A stretch of 64,000 bases of DNA, taken from an uncultured cyanobacterium. GTDB taxonomy: Bacteria > Cyanobacteriota > Cyanobacteriia > CAKZMO01. The position numbers and the translations under genes were made by a program. The notes beneath the pieces were generated by a model. That model did not search any database. It was not told the origin of the DNA and saw only the letters and a program-made list of their open reading frames with translations. The stretch lies in contig CAVRCJ010000014.1 of the NCBI GenBank assembly GCA_963719515.1, positions 192,001-256,000 of the forward strand. The letters run 5' to 3'. Shown here one piece after another: positions 27,247-37,019 of the stretch (position 1 is the stretch's first letter; each line of letters begins with the position of its first letter).

Positions 27247-27589
27247 AGATTCAACTCACTTCGGCTGACTGGGAGGTAACGGTCTCAATCCACACCTCTC
27301 ACTAAGCTGCTGACGCTATCATTTAGTCCCTCAACCTACCAATCACCCAATCGCGCTTGGCTTTTGAAGGGTTGAGGGTCTTGTTGAAGCGTTGAGCGGT
27401 TTTGCTTGAGTGATTGTTGTTGGCTTGTAGGCGGCTCTAAGATTTGCTTTAGCGTTTGTTGGGGTCGCTTTAGCATTAATCCATTTCGCTTATATACCTG
27501 TTGATAGTTTGCAAGCGTTTGTGGGTTTTGTTGAAGCGTTGTTTTTGAGCGGGTGGTGTAAGCATATTGGCGGTCTTTCTACTTTGAAT

Positions 27590-27603
27590 AGTACTGCTGT
27601 ACG
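27590..27603. promoter_or_regulatory. Possible cyanobacterial LexA box
   Basis: AGTACTGCTGTACG matches RGTAC-N3-DGTWCB. Confidence 0.4.
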
Positions 27604-27740
27604 AAGAAAGCAATCCCACCCTCAAGGCTCGCGTCGTCAACGCCCTCAAAGAAGGCGGCACCACAGCCCTCGAAGAAGCGATCGATCACCCCGCCGTCAA
27701 ACCTGTCGTCGCCATGGTCAAGGGATTCATCGACGCTTAA
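27603..27740 (+). pseudogene. Orphan C-terminal gene fragment
   Basis: Reads EESNPTLKARVVNALKEGGTTALEEAIDHPAVKPVVAMVKGFIDA* with coding-like codon usage; in-frame TGA at 27585 and no start codon ahead of it. Confidence 0.6.
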
Positions 27741-27750
27741 CAAGCTTGAC

Positions 27751-30700
27751 CTACGCCGTCTGCCGCTTAATCAACTGCGCAAACAGCCCCTCCTGTGCCG
27801 CCAGCTCATCAAAGCTCCCCTGCTGCACCACTCGCCCCCCCTCCAGCACATAGATGCGGTCCGCATTGCGAATCGTGCTCAGCCGGTGGGCAATCACAAT
27901 TCGCGTCACCTGCAGCGCGTCCAAACTCCGGCTGACGATCGCCTGCGTTCGATTATCCAAAGCGCTCGTCGCCTCATCCATCAGCAAAATGCGCGGCTCC
28001 AGCGCTAAAGAGCGGGCAATCATCAGCCGCTGCCGCTGCCCCCCAGAGAGGTTTCCCCCCCCTTCGCTAATCACCGTATGCAATCCCATGGGCATGTCTT
28101 TCACATCCTCCGCCAGCCCGCTCATCTCCGCCGCTTGCCAGGCGTCGTCCATGGTAATCAGCGCCCCGGTGGAAATATTCTCAAACAGCGTCCCCGCGCT
28201 GATGCGCCCATTTTGCAGCACCACCCCCAGCTGCCGCCGCACCGCTGTCACGTCTAGGCCACAGAGATCCTGCCCGTCATAGTACACCGTGCCGGACTGG
28301 GGCTCTTCAAAGCCCAACAGCAGGCGAAACGCCGTAGACTTTCCAGAGCCAGAGGGGCCCACTAAGGCAATAAACTCCCCCGGCTCAGCCTCCACCGAAA
28401 CGTCATCTAAGATCAGCGGACCGTCCTCCCGGTAGCGAAAGGTGACGTGGTCTAAGGCCACTCGCCCCTGGAGCTTGCCGGGGTCAGCCATGTAGGGGTT
28501 GACCTCGGGCTCGGCGCTGAGGATAGGCCGCGATCGCTGCCACAGGGGAATGATGTCGAGAATGTCGATGACGCTGTTGCTGAGGCTGACCGTGCCGCTG
28601 ATGAAGGTGCCGTAGGCCACGCTAAAGGCCAAGAAAATGCCGGTGGATAGCCCGCCGTCGTCCACTAACCCGCTGGCCAGCCAAAACAGCAGTACGGTAG
28701 TGACCACCGGCAGCATCGTGTTCACCACATCTACCCCGTCCTCCAGCCGCTGGGTGCTCAGCAGCAGGCGCAGCTGCTGCCGGTACTTTTCTCCCCAATG
28801 GGCAAAGGCCCGGGCTTCCGCCCCCGCCAGCCGCAGCTTGGGCACGCCGTTAATCAGCTGCACCACCAAACCGTTCAGCTCTCCAGCGATCTCCATCTGC
28901 GGGCGGTGCTTGCGAATCAGCAGCGCCCCGGTCACCGTGGTGAACAGCACAACCACCAAAGCCACCCCCAGCGCCAGCAGCGCCAGCAGTGGGCTGTAGT
29001 AGAGCAGTAGCCCTAGGTTGAGCAGGGCAAACACCCCCGAAAAAATCGACTGCAGCGCCGTATCGCTCAGCTGTCGTCGAATTGCGCCCACCGCCGACAC
29101 CCGACTGCTCAAGTCACCCGTAGGGTACTGGCGGAAGAAGGTTGTCCTGAGGCGCAGCAGCCGATCCCAGACGGCGGCCTGCAGCGAGGCATCGGATACG
29201 GTTTCTACCCGCATAGACGCAACGGCTTGGGCAAAGTGAAAGCTGGCCACCCCAAAAGCGGCGGCAATCAGACCGATGCCGATTTGGCCAATCATCGCTC
29301 GGTTGCCGTAGGGAATGGCGTCGTCGATGAGCAGCGCCGTGGCCTGGGGCACCAGCATGCCGATCAGGGTAGCGACCCCGCCGGTAATCACCACGGCCAC
29401 GACGTCCCGCTGACGGTTCTTTAGGGCAAACTGCATCAGGCTCAGGGCATTGAGGTTTTCTGGCAGCGGGCGGTAGAACATGTAGGCAGCTGGCTCTAGG
29501 GTCTGAGCGATCGCCTTCGTCACGGGCTGGCGCGTGGTGGAGAAGTTGGGGTCGGCTGGTTCGCTCTGGTTGTCTGGCCCCGGCGCAGATAATTTGCCCA
29601 GCGTGGCTAGCTTGGGCGCATGGCCCTCATCCGCTGCCAGCCCTTGCTCTACGGGGTCAAGGATTTCGTAACGCGCGCCTCGCTGTCGGGAGGGCAGCAG
29701 CGCCACAGGCCGGTGGCCCTCACCATAGGCCAAAAGCGGATCGCCGTCCCGCTGCCACCAGTCCCCCCGCAGCAGCACCCGCCGCAGCCGCAGCTGCGAG
29801 GCTCGGGCGATCGCCTCTAGGGGTTCTTTGAGTCGGGATAGATCCTCTGCGCTAGAAGGGCCCTGAACGGATACCCCCATGGCCCGGCCCACCGCTCCCG
29901 CCGCCACCAGCAGCGCCGAGTCGGTCTGCAGCCAGCGGTCGTCCTCGGGGGTGAGCACCGCTGAGAGGTTGCGCAGCGTTGCTTCGGTGGTCCGCTGATC
30001 TAGCGCCTGTCGCTGCTGAAACTGGCGGCGATCTAGCAGGTGTCTGCGGGCCGTCGTCTGCCGCAGATGGTCCATGACGTAGTGGTGCAGCTGCTCTAGC
30101 CCATAGATAATAATTATGGGATGCCGCACTTGGGCCGTAGGGCGGGCAAATAGATCTACCCCCTCCCGCGCTGTAGCCCAGGTTCCGGGGCCGAGGGGAA
30201 AGCAGCCGGTTTTCGGGACTACCGGAAAGGGCGATCGCCCCAGCCAGTCGACCCGCCCCTGCTGCACCTTGATCCACAGCACTTGGCCAGGCTGGGGACG
30301 CAGGGGGTCACCGTTTGAGAGCGACAGGTAGTTTTGAGCGGTGCCTCTCCCTTCCGGCGGCGCGGGCAGGCTATCGATTTGGTTGAGCTTTAGAACCCAG
30401 GGGTCAATGCGGGCTTTTAGCTCGGCAAAAGGCATCACCCTACCACAGCCAGCGTTATCAGGGCCCGCGGCATCGGGGCCCGTGGCATCAGGGCCAGTGG
30501 CATCAGGGCCAGTGTTATCAGGGCCAGTGGCAAGGTCAGCAGAGAGCTTTACCGGCGTTACGACCGCCGGCTCTGAGGGCACCGCCAGCAGCGCTAGCTG
30601 AGGCGTTTCAGCCTCGATGGAATGGCTAAATAAGGTCTCATCAGGGCCAACCGAGAAGAGATAGTGGCGCGGCCCTTGGGGCACCCCGCGCAAAATCTCC

Positions 30701-30849
30701 ACCGCGAATACCGAGACCCGCCCCGAACGTACGATCCAGGCGTAATCAGGGTCCGTCAGCATTAGGGGCTCATGGCCTGTAATGTGGCGATCGCCGGAGA
30801 CCGCCCCTTTCCTTTTAAGGTCGTTGAGTGGAGTAGGTGTCGTAGCCAT
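27751..30849 (-). CDS. NHLP-type bacteriocin export ABC transporter, permease/ATPase subunit with N-terminal cNMP-like domain
   Basis: AIARASQLRLRRVLLRGDWWQRDGDPLL, AYMFYRPLP, LQAAVWDRLLRL, GPSGSGKST and LSGGQRQR motifs; no C39 catalytic motif. Confidence 0.9.
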   Translation of the reverse strand: MATTPTPLNDLKRKGAVSGDRHITGHEPLMLTDPDYAWIVRSGRVSVFAVEILRGVPQGPRHYLFSVGPDETLFSHSIEAETPQLALLAVPSEPAVVTPVKLSADLATGPDNTGPDATGPDATGPDAAGPDNAGCGRVMPFAELKARIDPWVLKLNQIDSLPAPPEGRGTAQNYLSLSNGDPLRPQPGQVLWIKVQQGRVDWLGRSPFPVVPKTGCFPLGPGTWATAREGVDLFARPTAQVRHPIIIIYGLEQLHHYVMDHLRQTTARRHLLDRRQFQQRQALDQRTTEATLRNLSAVLTPEDDRWLQTDSALLVAAGAVGRAMGVSVQGPSSAEDLSRLKEPLEAIARASQLRLRRVLLRGDWWQRDGDPLLAYGEGHRPVALLPSRQRGARYEILDPVEQGLAADEGHAPKLATLGKLSAPGPDNQSEPADPNFSTTRQPVTKAIAQTLEPAAYMFYRPLPENLNALSLMQFALKNRQRDVVAVVITGGVATLIGMLVPQATALLIDDAIPYGNRAMIGQIGIGLIAAAFGVASFHFAQAVASMRVETVSDASLQAAVWDRLLRLRTTFFRQYPTGDLSSRVSAVGAIRRQLSDTALQSIFSGVFALLNLGLLLYYSPLLALLALGVALVVVLFTTVTGALLIRKHRPQMEIAGELNGLVVQLINGVPKLRLAGAEARAFAHWGEKYRQQLRLLLSTQRLEDGVDVVNTMLPVVTTVLLFWLASGLVDDGGLSTGIFLAFSVAYGTFISGTVSLSNSVIDILDIIPLWQRSRPILSAEPEVNPYMADPGKLQGRVALDHVTFRYREDGPLILDDVSVEAEPGEFIALVGPSGSGKSTAFRLLLGFEEPQSGTVYYDGQDLCGLDVTAVRRQLGVVLQNGRISAGTLFENISTGALITMDDAWQAAEMSGLAEDVKDMPMGLHTVISEGGGNLSGGQRQRLMIARSLALEPRILLMDEATSALDNRTQAIVSRSLDALQVTRIVIAHRLSTIRNADRIYVLEGGRVVQQGSFDELAAQEGLFAQLIKRQTA
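30452..30532. repeat. In-frame 15-bp repeats encoding (T/A)GPD(N/A) x5
   Basis: ATGPDNTGPDATGPDATGPDAAGPDNAG in the ABC N-terminal region. Confidence 0.85.
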
Positions 30850-30947
30850 CGGTCGCGGTAGTCAGCAGTGGATAAAGGCCTGTAGAGATAGGGGCAATGC
30901 TCTGTCCTCACAGAATGCATACCCAAAATCAGTAGCGCCATAATAAA

Positions 30948-30980
30948 CAGGCCTAGGCGACCATAGGCTACCTAGACCTG
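30948..30980 (-). terminator. Hairpin/terminator between the precursor and the ABC gene
   Basis: CAGGTCTAGG-loop-CCTAGGCCTG followed by TTTATT on the minus strand. Confidence 0.55.
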
Positions 30981-31081
30981 AATCATTGAGGGCCAGCTGC
31001 CTGAACTATCTTGCAGGCGCTGGCATTAGAGAGTCAGCAGATGCTCCAGTGAACATCCAGCGGAGATCTGAGGCACCAAGA

Positions 31082-31300
31082 TTACTTGTTGCCCAGGCCT
31101 TCTTTGAACTCTTCCTCGTGACGACCCGAGAGCTTATTGCCCAGGCCTTCTTTGAACTCTTCTGCATGACGACCTGAGAGCTTGTTCCCTAGACCCTCTT
31201 CAAACTCTTCTGCATGACGGCCCCGTAGACCACCCGCAACGTCTTGAAGCTGCTCATCGGAAAGCTCGGCGTCTTGAGATTTCTTGATATCTTCGCTCAT
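31082..31300 (-). CDS. Double-glycine leader precursor peptide with a three-repeat core
   Basis: Leader MSEDIKKSQDAELSDEQLQDVAGG, then LRGRHAEEFEEGLGNK, LSGRHAEEFKEGLGNK and LSGRHEEEFKEGLGNK; AGGAG RBS; lies inside the exporter cluster. Confidence 0.9.
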   Translation of the reverse strand: MSEDIKKSQDAELSDEQLQDVAGGLRGRHAEEFEEGLGNKLSGRHAEEFKEGLGNKLSGRHEEEFKEGLGNK

Positions 31301-32000
31301 AACTAGTCTCCTAAAAAGAGGAATCGACTCAACAACAGAATAGCAAAGATAAAACCAAAGTGACCGTGGCAGCCGTGGCTATGTATAAGCCGAAATCCAC
31401 CTTGAAAAATCTATCTCGCCTCTGTTGTATAACACATACCCTAAAGGCCAAAACTTAAGCTTTCCTTGAGAGGCTGCGAGCAGGAGGTGATGATATTCGG
31501 ACAAACATCTAGGCAAAAAGCCAGGTTGAGCTACGGCGTTTCTCAGCAGGTTTTAATCTAACAGATTACTTGATGTGTAGCTGGCGAGACTAGGCTCCAC
31601 AAGCCGCCTTCAGTAAACGGTTCCATCGCCCCGAGACAATACTGAGACCCGACGATTGACGGACCAAAATAGACAGATTGCGCTGCGTTGACTCTTGACA
31701 TAGCGCCTGTAGCGTTGACGCTAAAATGCTGAGGTGAGAACAAGTGTTAGAACAGAAGGACAAAGCACATTTTTGACACTCAAGATATAGGTCTATACGG
31801 ATCTATGGGGGAGATGGCGGTGTAGAGTAAACCAGGTCACAAAAAGCTGGCGCTGAGAGCTCTATGCTGCCAGTTTGCGGATTTGATTGTGCATTATTGC
31901 TTATTCTAAAAATTAAGTTTCTTTAAGATTTTAGAGCGTTAAGCATTGTTTCAAGGCAATGCCTCAGCACAACCGCACCGTTCCTACAGGTAACCTCAAC

Positions 32001-33026
32001 ATGACAGAAATTTTGCTCAGAGAGCTCAACAACGCCGACCTGGACTGGATGGTTAGCGAAGGAGAGCAGCGATCGCTAGCGGTAGGCGATCGCCTATCCC
32101 TGGGGTCAGCTGCCGAGGTTTACTGCATCCTAGACGGCACGCTAGAGCAAGCGGAGCGCGACGACGCTGTCCCCATCCAGTTTGGCGGCGGTGAGATTCT
32201 CGGTAGCGAGGTCCTGTTAGACCTTCCGCCCTCTCTAATCAAGGTTCAAGCCACAGCTGCCGCCACCCTACTGGCCCTGCCTGAGCAAGCTTTGACCTCA
32301 AGGCTGGAGCAGAATACTGGCTTTGCCGCCCGCTGCTACCGGGCCTTGGCGCTGGTGCTCTCTGAACGGCTGCGCCAGATCTACAAGCAGTCGGCAGCGC
32401 TGAACCGCCCCCATCAAAAGGCGCTGCAGGAGGCTCTCTTTGTGCTAGGGGAACTGCGAGACAGCGATATCGACTGGCTCACCGTCGCTGGACACATCAA
32501 AACCTTGGCCCCAGGAGACTTTTTGCTGCAGGCGGGTCGCCCCGTCGATGCCCTACACCTGGTTTTAGAGGGCACGTTCTCTGTCCTCTGGCTCGACGGC
32601 GAAGTTAATCCCCTCAAAGCGTGCTTCGACTGCCCTATCGAGATGGCGGGCCAGATGCAGCAAATTACTACCCTGACGAAAGGGGCAATGGCGGGCACCA
32701 GCGCGTTTCTGGATTTTGCCCCCCTATCAGTGACCATCCGCGCCCAGGGTGAAGTCCTCGTGCTCTCCGTGCCCCGCCAGACTGTGGTCACCCGGCTCCA
32801 GCAAGACGTAGAGTTCTCTGCCCGGTTCCACCGCGTCTTGGCCATTCAGCTCTCTAAGCTGATGCAGGCTGTCGGCGGCGCTGAGATAGCGTCAGAACAG
32901 ATGCCCGAAAGCGATCGCCTCGATATTCCCCTGGAAGACGGCGAGCTAGACTTAGACGCCCTGCAGAATGCCTCCCAGGGGGCCGCCCGGTTTAACTGGA
33001 TGCTGCAGCGTTTGGGGGTGGGGTAG
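32001..33026 (+). CDS. Tandem cyclic-nucleotide-binding protein associated with bacteriocin-type transporters
   Basis: Two cNMP-like repeats (LRELNNADLDWM and LGELRDSDIDWL; FAARCYRALA and FSARFHRVLA); ends GAARFNWMLQRL. Confidence 0.85.
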   Translation: MTEILLRELNNADLDWMVSEGEQRSLAVGDRLSLGSAAEVYCILDGTLEQAERDDAVPIQFGGGEILGSEVLLDLPPSLIKVQATAAATLLALPEQALTSRLEQNTGFAARCYRALALVLSERLRQIYKQSAALNRPHQKALQEALFVLGELRDSDIDWLTVAGHIKTLAPGDFLLQAGRPVDALHLVLEGTFSVLWLDGEVNPLKACFDCPIEMAGQMQQITTLTKGAMAGTSAFLDFAPLSVTIRAQGEVLVLSVPRQTVVTRLQQDVEFSARFHRVLAIQLSKLMQAVGGAEIASEQMPESDRLDIPLEDGELDLDALQNASQGAARFNWMLQRLGVG

Positions 33027-33080
33027 CGCTGAGGGGTTTAGCGCCTACAGGCTCCGAAGTACTTTTATAGAAAAACCGCT

Positions 33081-33686
33081 ATGGCTGAGAGAACCGATAA
33101 ATCTACGCTATTTCGCAAGGAGTCCCTAGAGCGCCTGTCATCTCCTGAGCAGCTCGACCAGCTGATGCAAATCGTTCAGCCCCGCCACTGGCTTCCTTTG
33201 GCGGCGCTGGGGGTGCTGGTGAGCTTGGGGGTTTTGTGGAGCGTGGTGGCCCGCATTCCCATGACCGTCGCCGGGCCGGGGGTGCTGGTGCAGCCCTCTG
33301 ATGAAGATGAGTCTTTGGTGGGGCTAACCTACATCAGCCGCACCGATGGGGCCAAAATTCGCCAGGGGATGCGGGTGTTGATTCTGCCGAGTACGGGGTC
33401 CGAGCGCATGGGCGGCGTTATTGGCCGCGTTGAGGAAGTGACGGTGCCCTCAACCACAACCCTGGGGATGGCGAGAAAAATGGGCTCGACCGATGACGCA
33501 GTTGCGCTCTCCGAGGTGGAGGTGCTGGTGATTCCGGAGACCGACCCCGAGACCGAGAGCGGCTACCGCTGGTCTTCGGCGAGCGGCGCTGACACCGTGC
33601 TGCTGCCCGGTACGGCGGCAACGATGCAAATCACCCTAGACGAGAGTCCCCCGATTGCGCTAGTCTTTCCTTTCCTAAGGAATTAA
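33081..33686 (+). CDS. Short NHLP-system secretion (HlyD-like) protein
   Basis: LFRKESLERLSSPEQLDQLM, one TM helix, GYRWSSASG and PIALVFPFL; only 201 aa. Confidence 0.8.
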   Translation: MAERTDKSTLFRKESLERLSSPEQLDQLMQIVQPRHWLPLAALGVLVSLGVLWSVVARIPMTVAGPGVLVQPSDEDESLVGLTYISRTDGAKIRQGMRVLILPSTGSERMGGVIGRVEEVTVPSTTTLGMARKMGSTDDAVALSEVEVLVIPETDPETESGYRWSSASGADTVLLPGTAATMQITLDESPPIALVFPFLRN

Positions 33687-33712
33687 GTTTCCGCTCCAAT
33701 GCCCTGTGAACT

Positions 33713-35938
33713 ATGTTTGTCAATCCCCTGCAGTTTTTAACCCGCTCCCAGGCGCACAGAGTCAAAACGCCGACGGTGCTGCAAATGGAGGCGGTGGAAT
33801 GCGGGGCGGCGGCGCTAGGGATCGTGCTGGGCTATTACGGAAGAACGGTGCCGCTGGTCGAGCTGAGGCAGGCCTGCGGGGTCTCTCGTGACGGGGTCAC
33901 CGCCGCCAACGTGCTCAAGGCAGCGCGCCGCTTTAACCTGATCGCCAAGGGCTATAAGAAATCCCTTGAAGGGCTGCTGGAGATGCCCACTCCCTTCATC
34001 GTGTTTTGGCACTTCAACCACTTTTTGGTTGTGGAAGGCTTTGGGAAAGGCCAAGTCTACCTCAATGACCCAGCTCAGGGACCGCGCACCGTCACTCTAG
34101 AAGAATTTGATGAGGGCTACACGGGCATTGTGCTTGTGCTGCAGCCCGGCGATGACTTTGAGCCCGGTGGGCAAAAGCCAAACGCGATCGCCTCCCTAAA
34201 GCGGCGGCTGAAAAGCTCAACTGGGGCGCTGCTCTACTGCGTGGCGGCAGGTTTTTTGCTGGTGATTCCCAACCTGGCACTGCCCGCCTTCAGCCAAATC
34301 TTTGTAGATACCGTACTGGTGGGCGGCAGGAGAGACTGGCTGCCCTATATTTTGGGGGCGATGCTGCTCATTGTCGTGCTGCAGGGCATGCTCACCCTAC
34401 TGCAGCTGCGGTTTCTCCGAGCCCTGAAAATCAAGCTGGCGGTGGTGCTCTCCAGTCAATTTGTCTGGCACCTGCTGCGGCTACCGGTGGACTTCTACGC
34501 CCAGCGCTTTGCCGGAGAGATCAGCAGCCGCATCCGCCTCAACGACAGCGTGGCCAGCGTCCTGTCGGGGCGACTCACCCTGACGGCCATCAGCACGGTC
34601 ATGGTGGTGTTCTACGGCGTGGCCATGGCCTACTACGACGTGCCCCTCACCCTCATCGTCGTTTTCTTTTCCGCCATCAACGTGATTACCCTGCAGTGGG
34701 TATCCCGTCAGCGGGTGGACAGCAACCGGCGGCTGGCCCAGGAATACGGCAAGGTGTCGGGGACGGCGATCGCGGGCCTGCAAAATATTGAGACCCTCAA
34801 GGCGTCGGGCATCGAATCGGACTTTTTTGCCCGCTGGGTGGGCTACTACACCAAGGCCATCAACGCCCAGCAGGAGCTAGAGCTGGTAAACCGGGCGGTG
34901 AATCTGCTGCCGTCCCTGCTGTCGGCCCTAGCGGCGGCCTCGCTGCTGGTGTTTGGGGGCTGGCGAGTGATCACGGGCGACCTCACCGTGGGCCAGCTGG
35001 TGGCTTTTCAGCTGCTAACGGGCAGCTTTCAGCGCCCGGTGAATACCCTAGTGAGCTTTGGCAGCACCCTGCAAACCCTGCAGGGCAACCTGGAGCGGCT
35101 AGATGACATCCTCAATAACCCTGTTGATCCGCAGGTGACCGATGGCGCTGGGCTGGGCCAGCCCAAGCGCGAGCACGGCCCCAATGCTAGTCCCGCCGTC
35201 GATGGCCCTAAGCTGACGGGGTTCATAGAGATTAAGCAGCTCACCTACGGCTATAGTCCGCTGGATGCGCCGCTAATCGAGAACTTTAGCCTCACGGTGC
35301 GCCCAGGTCAGCGGGTGGCCCTGGTGGGGGGCAGCGGCTCGGGCAAATCCACCGTCGCCAAGCTGGTGGCGGGATTGTATGTGCCCTGGTCAGGAGAAAT
35401 TTGCTTTGACGGGGCAGGGCGCGATCGCATCCCTCGCAGCGTGCTCACCAACTCTATTGCCGTGGTGGAGCAGGAGATTTTGCTGTTTGCCGGCTCCATT
35501 CGCGACAACCTCACCCTATGGGACAGCACCATCCCGGAGTCGGCCCTGCGCCAAGCTTGCCAAGACGCCGACATTGAGGAGGTGATTCTGTCGATACCCG
35601 GTGGTTATGACGCTATGCTGCTGGAGGGGGCCTCGAACCTCAGCGGCGGGCAGCGGCAGCGGCTGGAGATCGCCCGCGCCCTGGTGACGGAGCCGACAAT
35701 TCTGATTATGGATGAGGCGACGAGCGCCCTAGACACCGAGACGGAGAAGCGCATTGACCAGAACCTACGGCGGCGAGGCTGCACCTGCCTGATTGTGGCC
35801 CACCGGCTGAGCACAATTCGCGACTGCGACGAGATTATTGTGCTGGAGCGGGGGAAGGTGGTGCAGCGGGGCACCCACGAGGCGCTGTGGGAGGAAGGAG
35901 GTCACTATGCGCGGCTGCTGAACAGTGGGGCGAGTTAG
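33713..35938 (+). CDS. NHLP-type ABC transporter with C39 peptidase, permease and ATPase domains
   Basis: KTPTVLQMEAVECGAAAL (catalytic Cys), FWHFNHFLVV (His), YLNDPA (Asp), GGSGSGKST and LSGGQRQR. Confidence 0.95.
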   Translation: MFVNPLQFLTRSQAHRVKTPTVLQMEAVECGAAALGIVLGYYGRTVPLVELRQACGVSRDGVTAANVLKAARRFNLIAKGYKKSLEGLLEMPTPFIVFWHFNHFLVVEGFGKGQVYLNDPAQGPRTVTLEEFDEGYTGIVLVLQPGDDFEPGGQKPNAIASLKRRLKSSTGALLYCVAAGFLLVIPNLALPAFSQIFVDTVLVGGRRDWLPYILGAMLLIVVLQGMLTLLQLRFLRALKIKLAVVLSSQFVWHLLRLPVDFYAQRFAGEISSRIRLNDSVASVLSGRLTLTAISTVMVVFYGVAMAYYDVPLTLIVVFFSAINVITLQWVSRQRVDSNRRLAQEYGKVSGTAIAGLQNIETLKASGIESDFFARWVGYYTKAINAQQELELVNRAVNLLPSLLSALAAASLLVFGGWRVITGDLTVGQLVAFQLLTGSFQRPVNTLVSFGSTLQTLQGNLERLDDILNNPVDPQVTDGAGLGQPKREHGPNASPAVDGPKLTGFIEIKQLTYGYSPLDAPLIENFSLTVRPGQRVALVGGSGSGKSTVAKLVAGLYVPWSGEICFDGAGRDRIPRSVLTNSIAVVEQEILLFAGSIRDNLTLWDSTIPESALRQACQDADIEEVILSIPGGYDAMLLEGASNLSGGQRQRLEIARALVTEPTILIMDEATSALDTETEKRIDQNLRRRGCTCLIVAHRLSTIRDCDEIIVLERGKVVQRGTHEALWEEGGHYARLLNSGAS

Positions 35939-35940
35939 GA

Positions 35941-37019
35941 CTACAGCGATCGCTTTAGCACTAGCGGTTCCCCTGGCTTTAGGGCCTGCACCTTTGCGGT
36001 TAGGTCCAACCACGGCTGCAGCTGTCCCGCCTGATAGGTGCGGCTCATCACCACGTAGATAGAAGTCTGGTCAGCGGCGATGCCCGCCGCCGTCACGGCG
36101 TCCCAGCGCTCAGCCGTCAGCTGGTCGATAATCTGCCACTGCTCCTCCCGCCACTCAAACCGCCGCTCGAAGCGAAACGGAGCCGCCGCCTTGCCGGTGA
36201 TTAACACTTTTTGCAGCAGCTGGCGTACTAGATTAGGGAAAAACCGCCCCACCGTCAGCATCACCACCCGCAGCACCATTAGCTTTAGCGGCGTCATCTG
36301 GGTCTGCTTAGCCCAGCCCAGGCTGCCGCTAATTGCGATCTGATCTTCTTCTACCGCCACGGGGTAGCGCTCCACCAGATGGCCCACCGCGTTCTTGACG
36401 CTCCCGTCGGCCATCACCTGCAAAGAGAGCTGTGTGTCGGACACCACCAGGCGATCGCCCCGAAACAGCTTAAACACGCCGCCTTTATTCAGCGCCACAT
36501 ACAGCGTGGTGTCGGCGCGGCGCTCGACGAGGATACGGGCCTCGGGGAGCCACAGCCGCTCTTGCGGCAGCGGTAAACCGGGCCTGTGGTCCGCAAAGTT
36601 CTGCCAGGCCAGCAGATAGCTCCAGGTGTGGTGGCCCACGATGTGGTCGTCAGCGTAGCAGGCCCCGCGCCCCGCCGCTAGACCTTCTAAAAACTTGTCG
36701 TTGATGCTGAGGGCTTCGGGGAGCCAGCGGCCCACCAGCTCGAACCCGTGGGGAAAAAAGTTGTAGGTGTTGCGGCTGGTATACTCCCCGCCATAGGAGC
36801 CGTCGGGGTGGATGAAGTGGGCGGTGAGCAGCACGGCTTTAGCGATCGCGTCCTTCAGTTCGCTGCTGGGCTGCAGCTCGTATAGCCGCGCCAGGCAAGC
36901 GATGGTCAGGGTTTGGTAGCCGGGGTCGAAGCCTTCGTACTCCTGAAACCAGCCCTCAGGATTTTGCCAGCTGAGCACCTGGGCTAGGCGATCGCCACTA
37001 GCGGGTTGCCAGCGATCGC
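35941..37019 (-). pseudogene. 5'-truncated hypothetical protein (alpha/alpha-toroid-like)
   Basis: The frame continues upstream of the 36978 GTG as DRWQPASGDRLAQVLSWQNPEGWFQEYEG to the HIP1 site at 37012-37019 and meets TGA a few codons beyond; no RBS or ATG. Confidence 0.6.

Noticed and set aside
35941..37019. The truncated gene as the peptide's tailoring enzyme (QW-like LSWQNPEGWF motif)
   Set aside because: It is convergent with the cluster, 5'-truncated and has no recognisable RiPP maturase motif.
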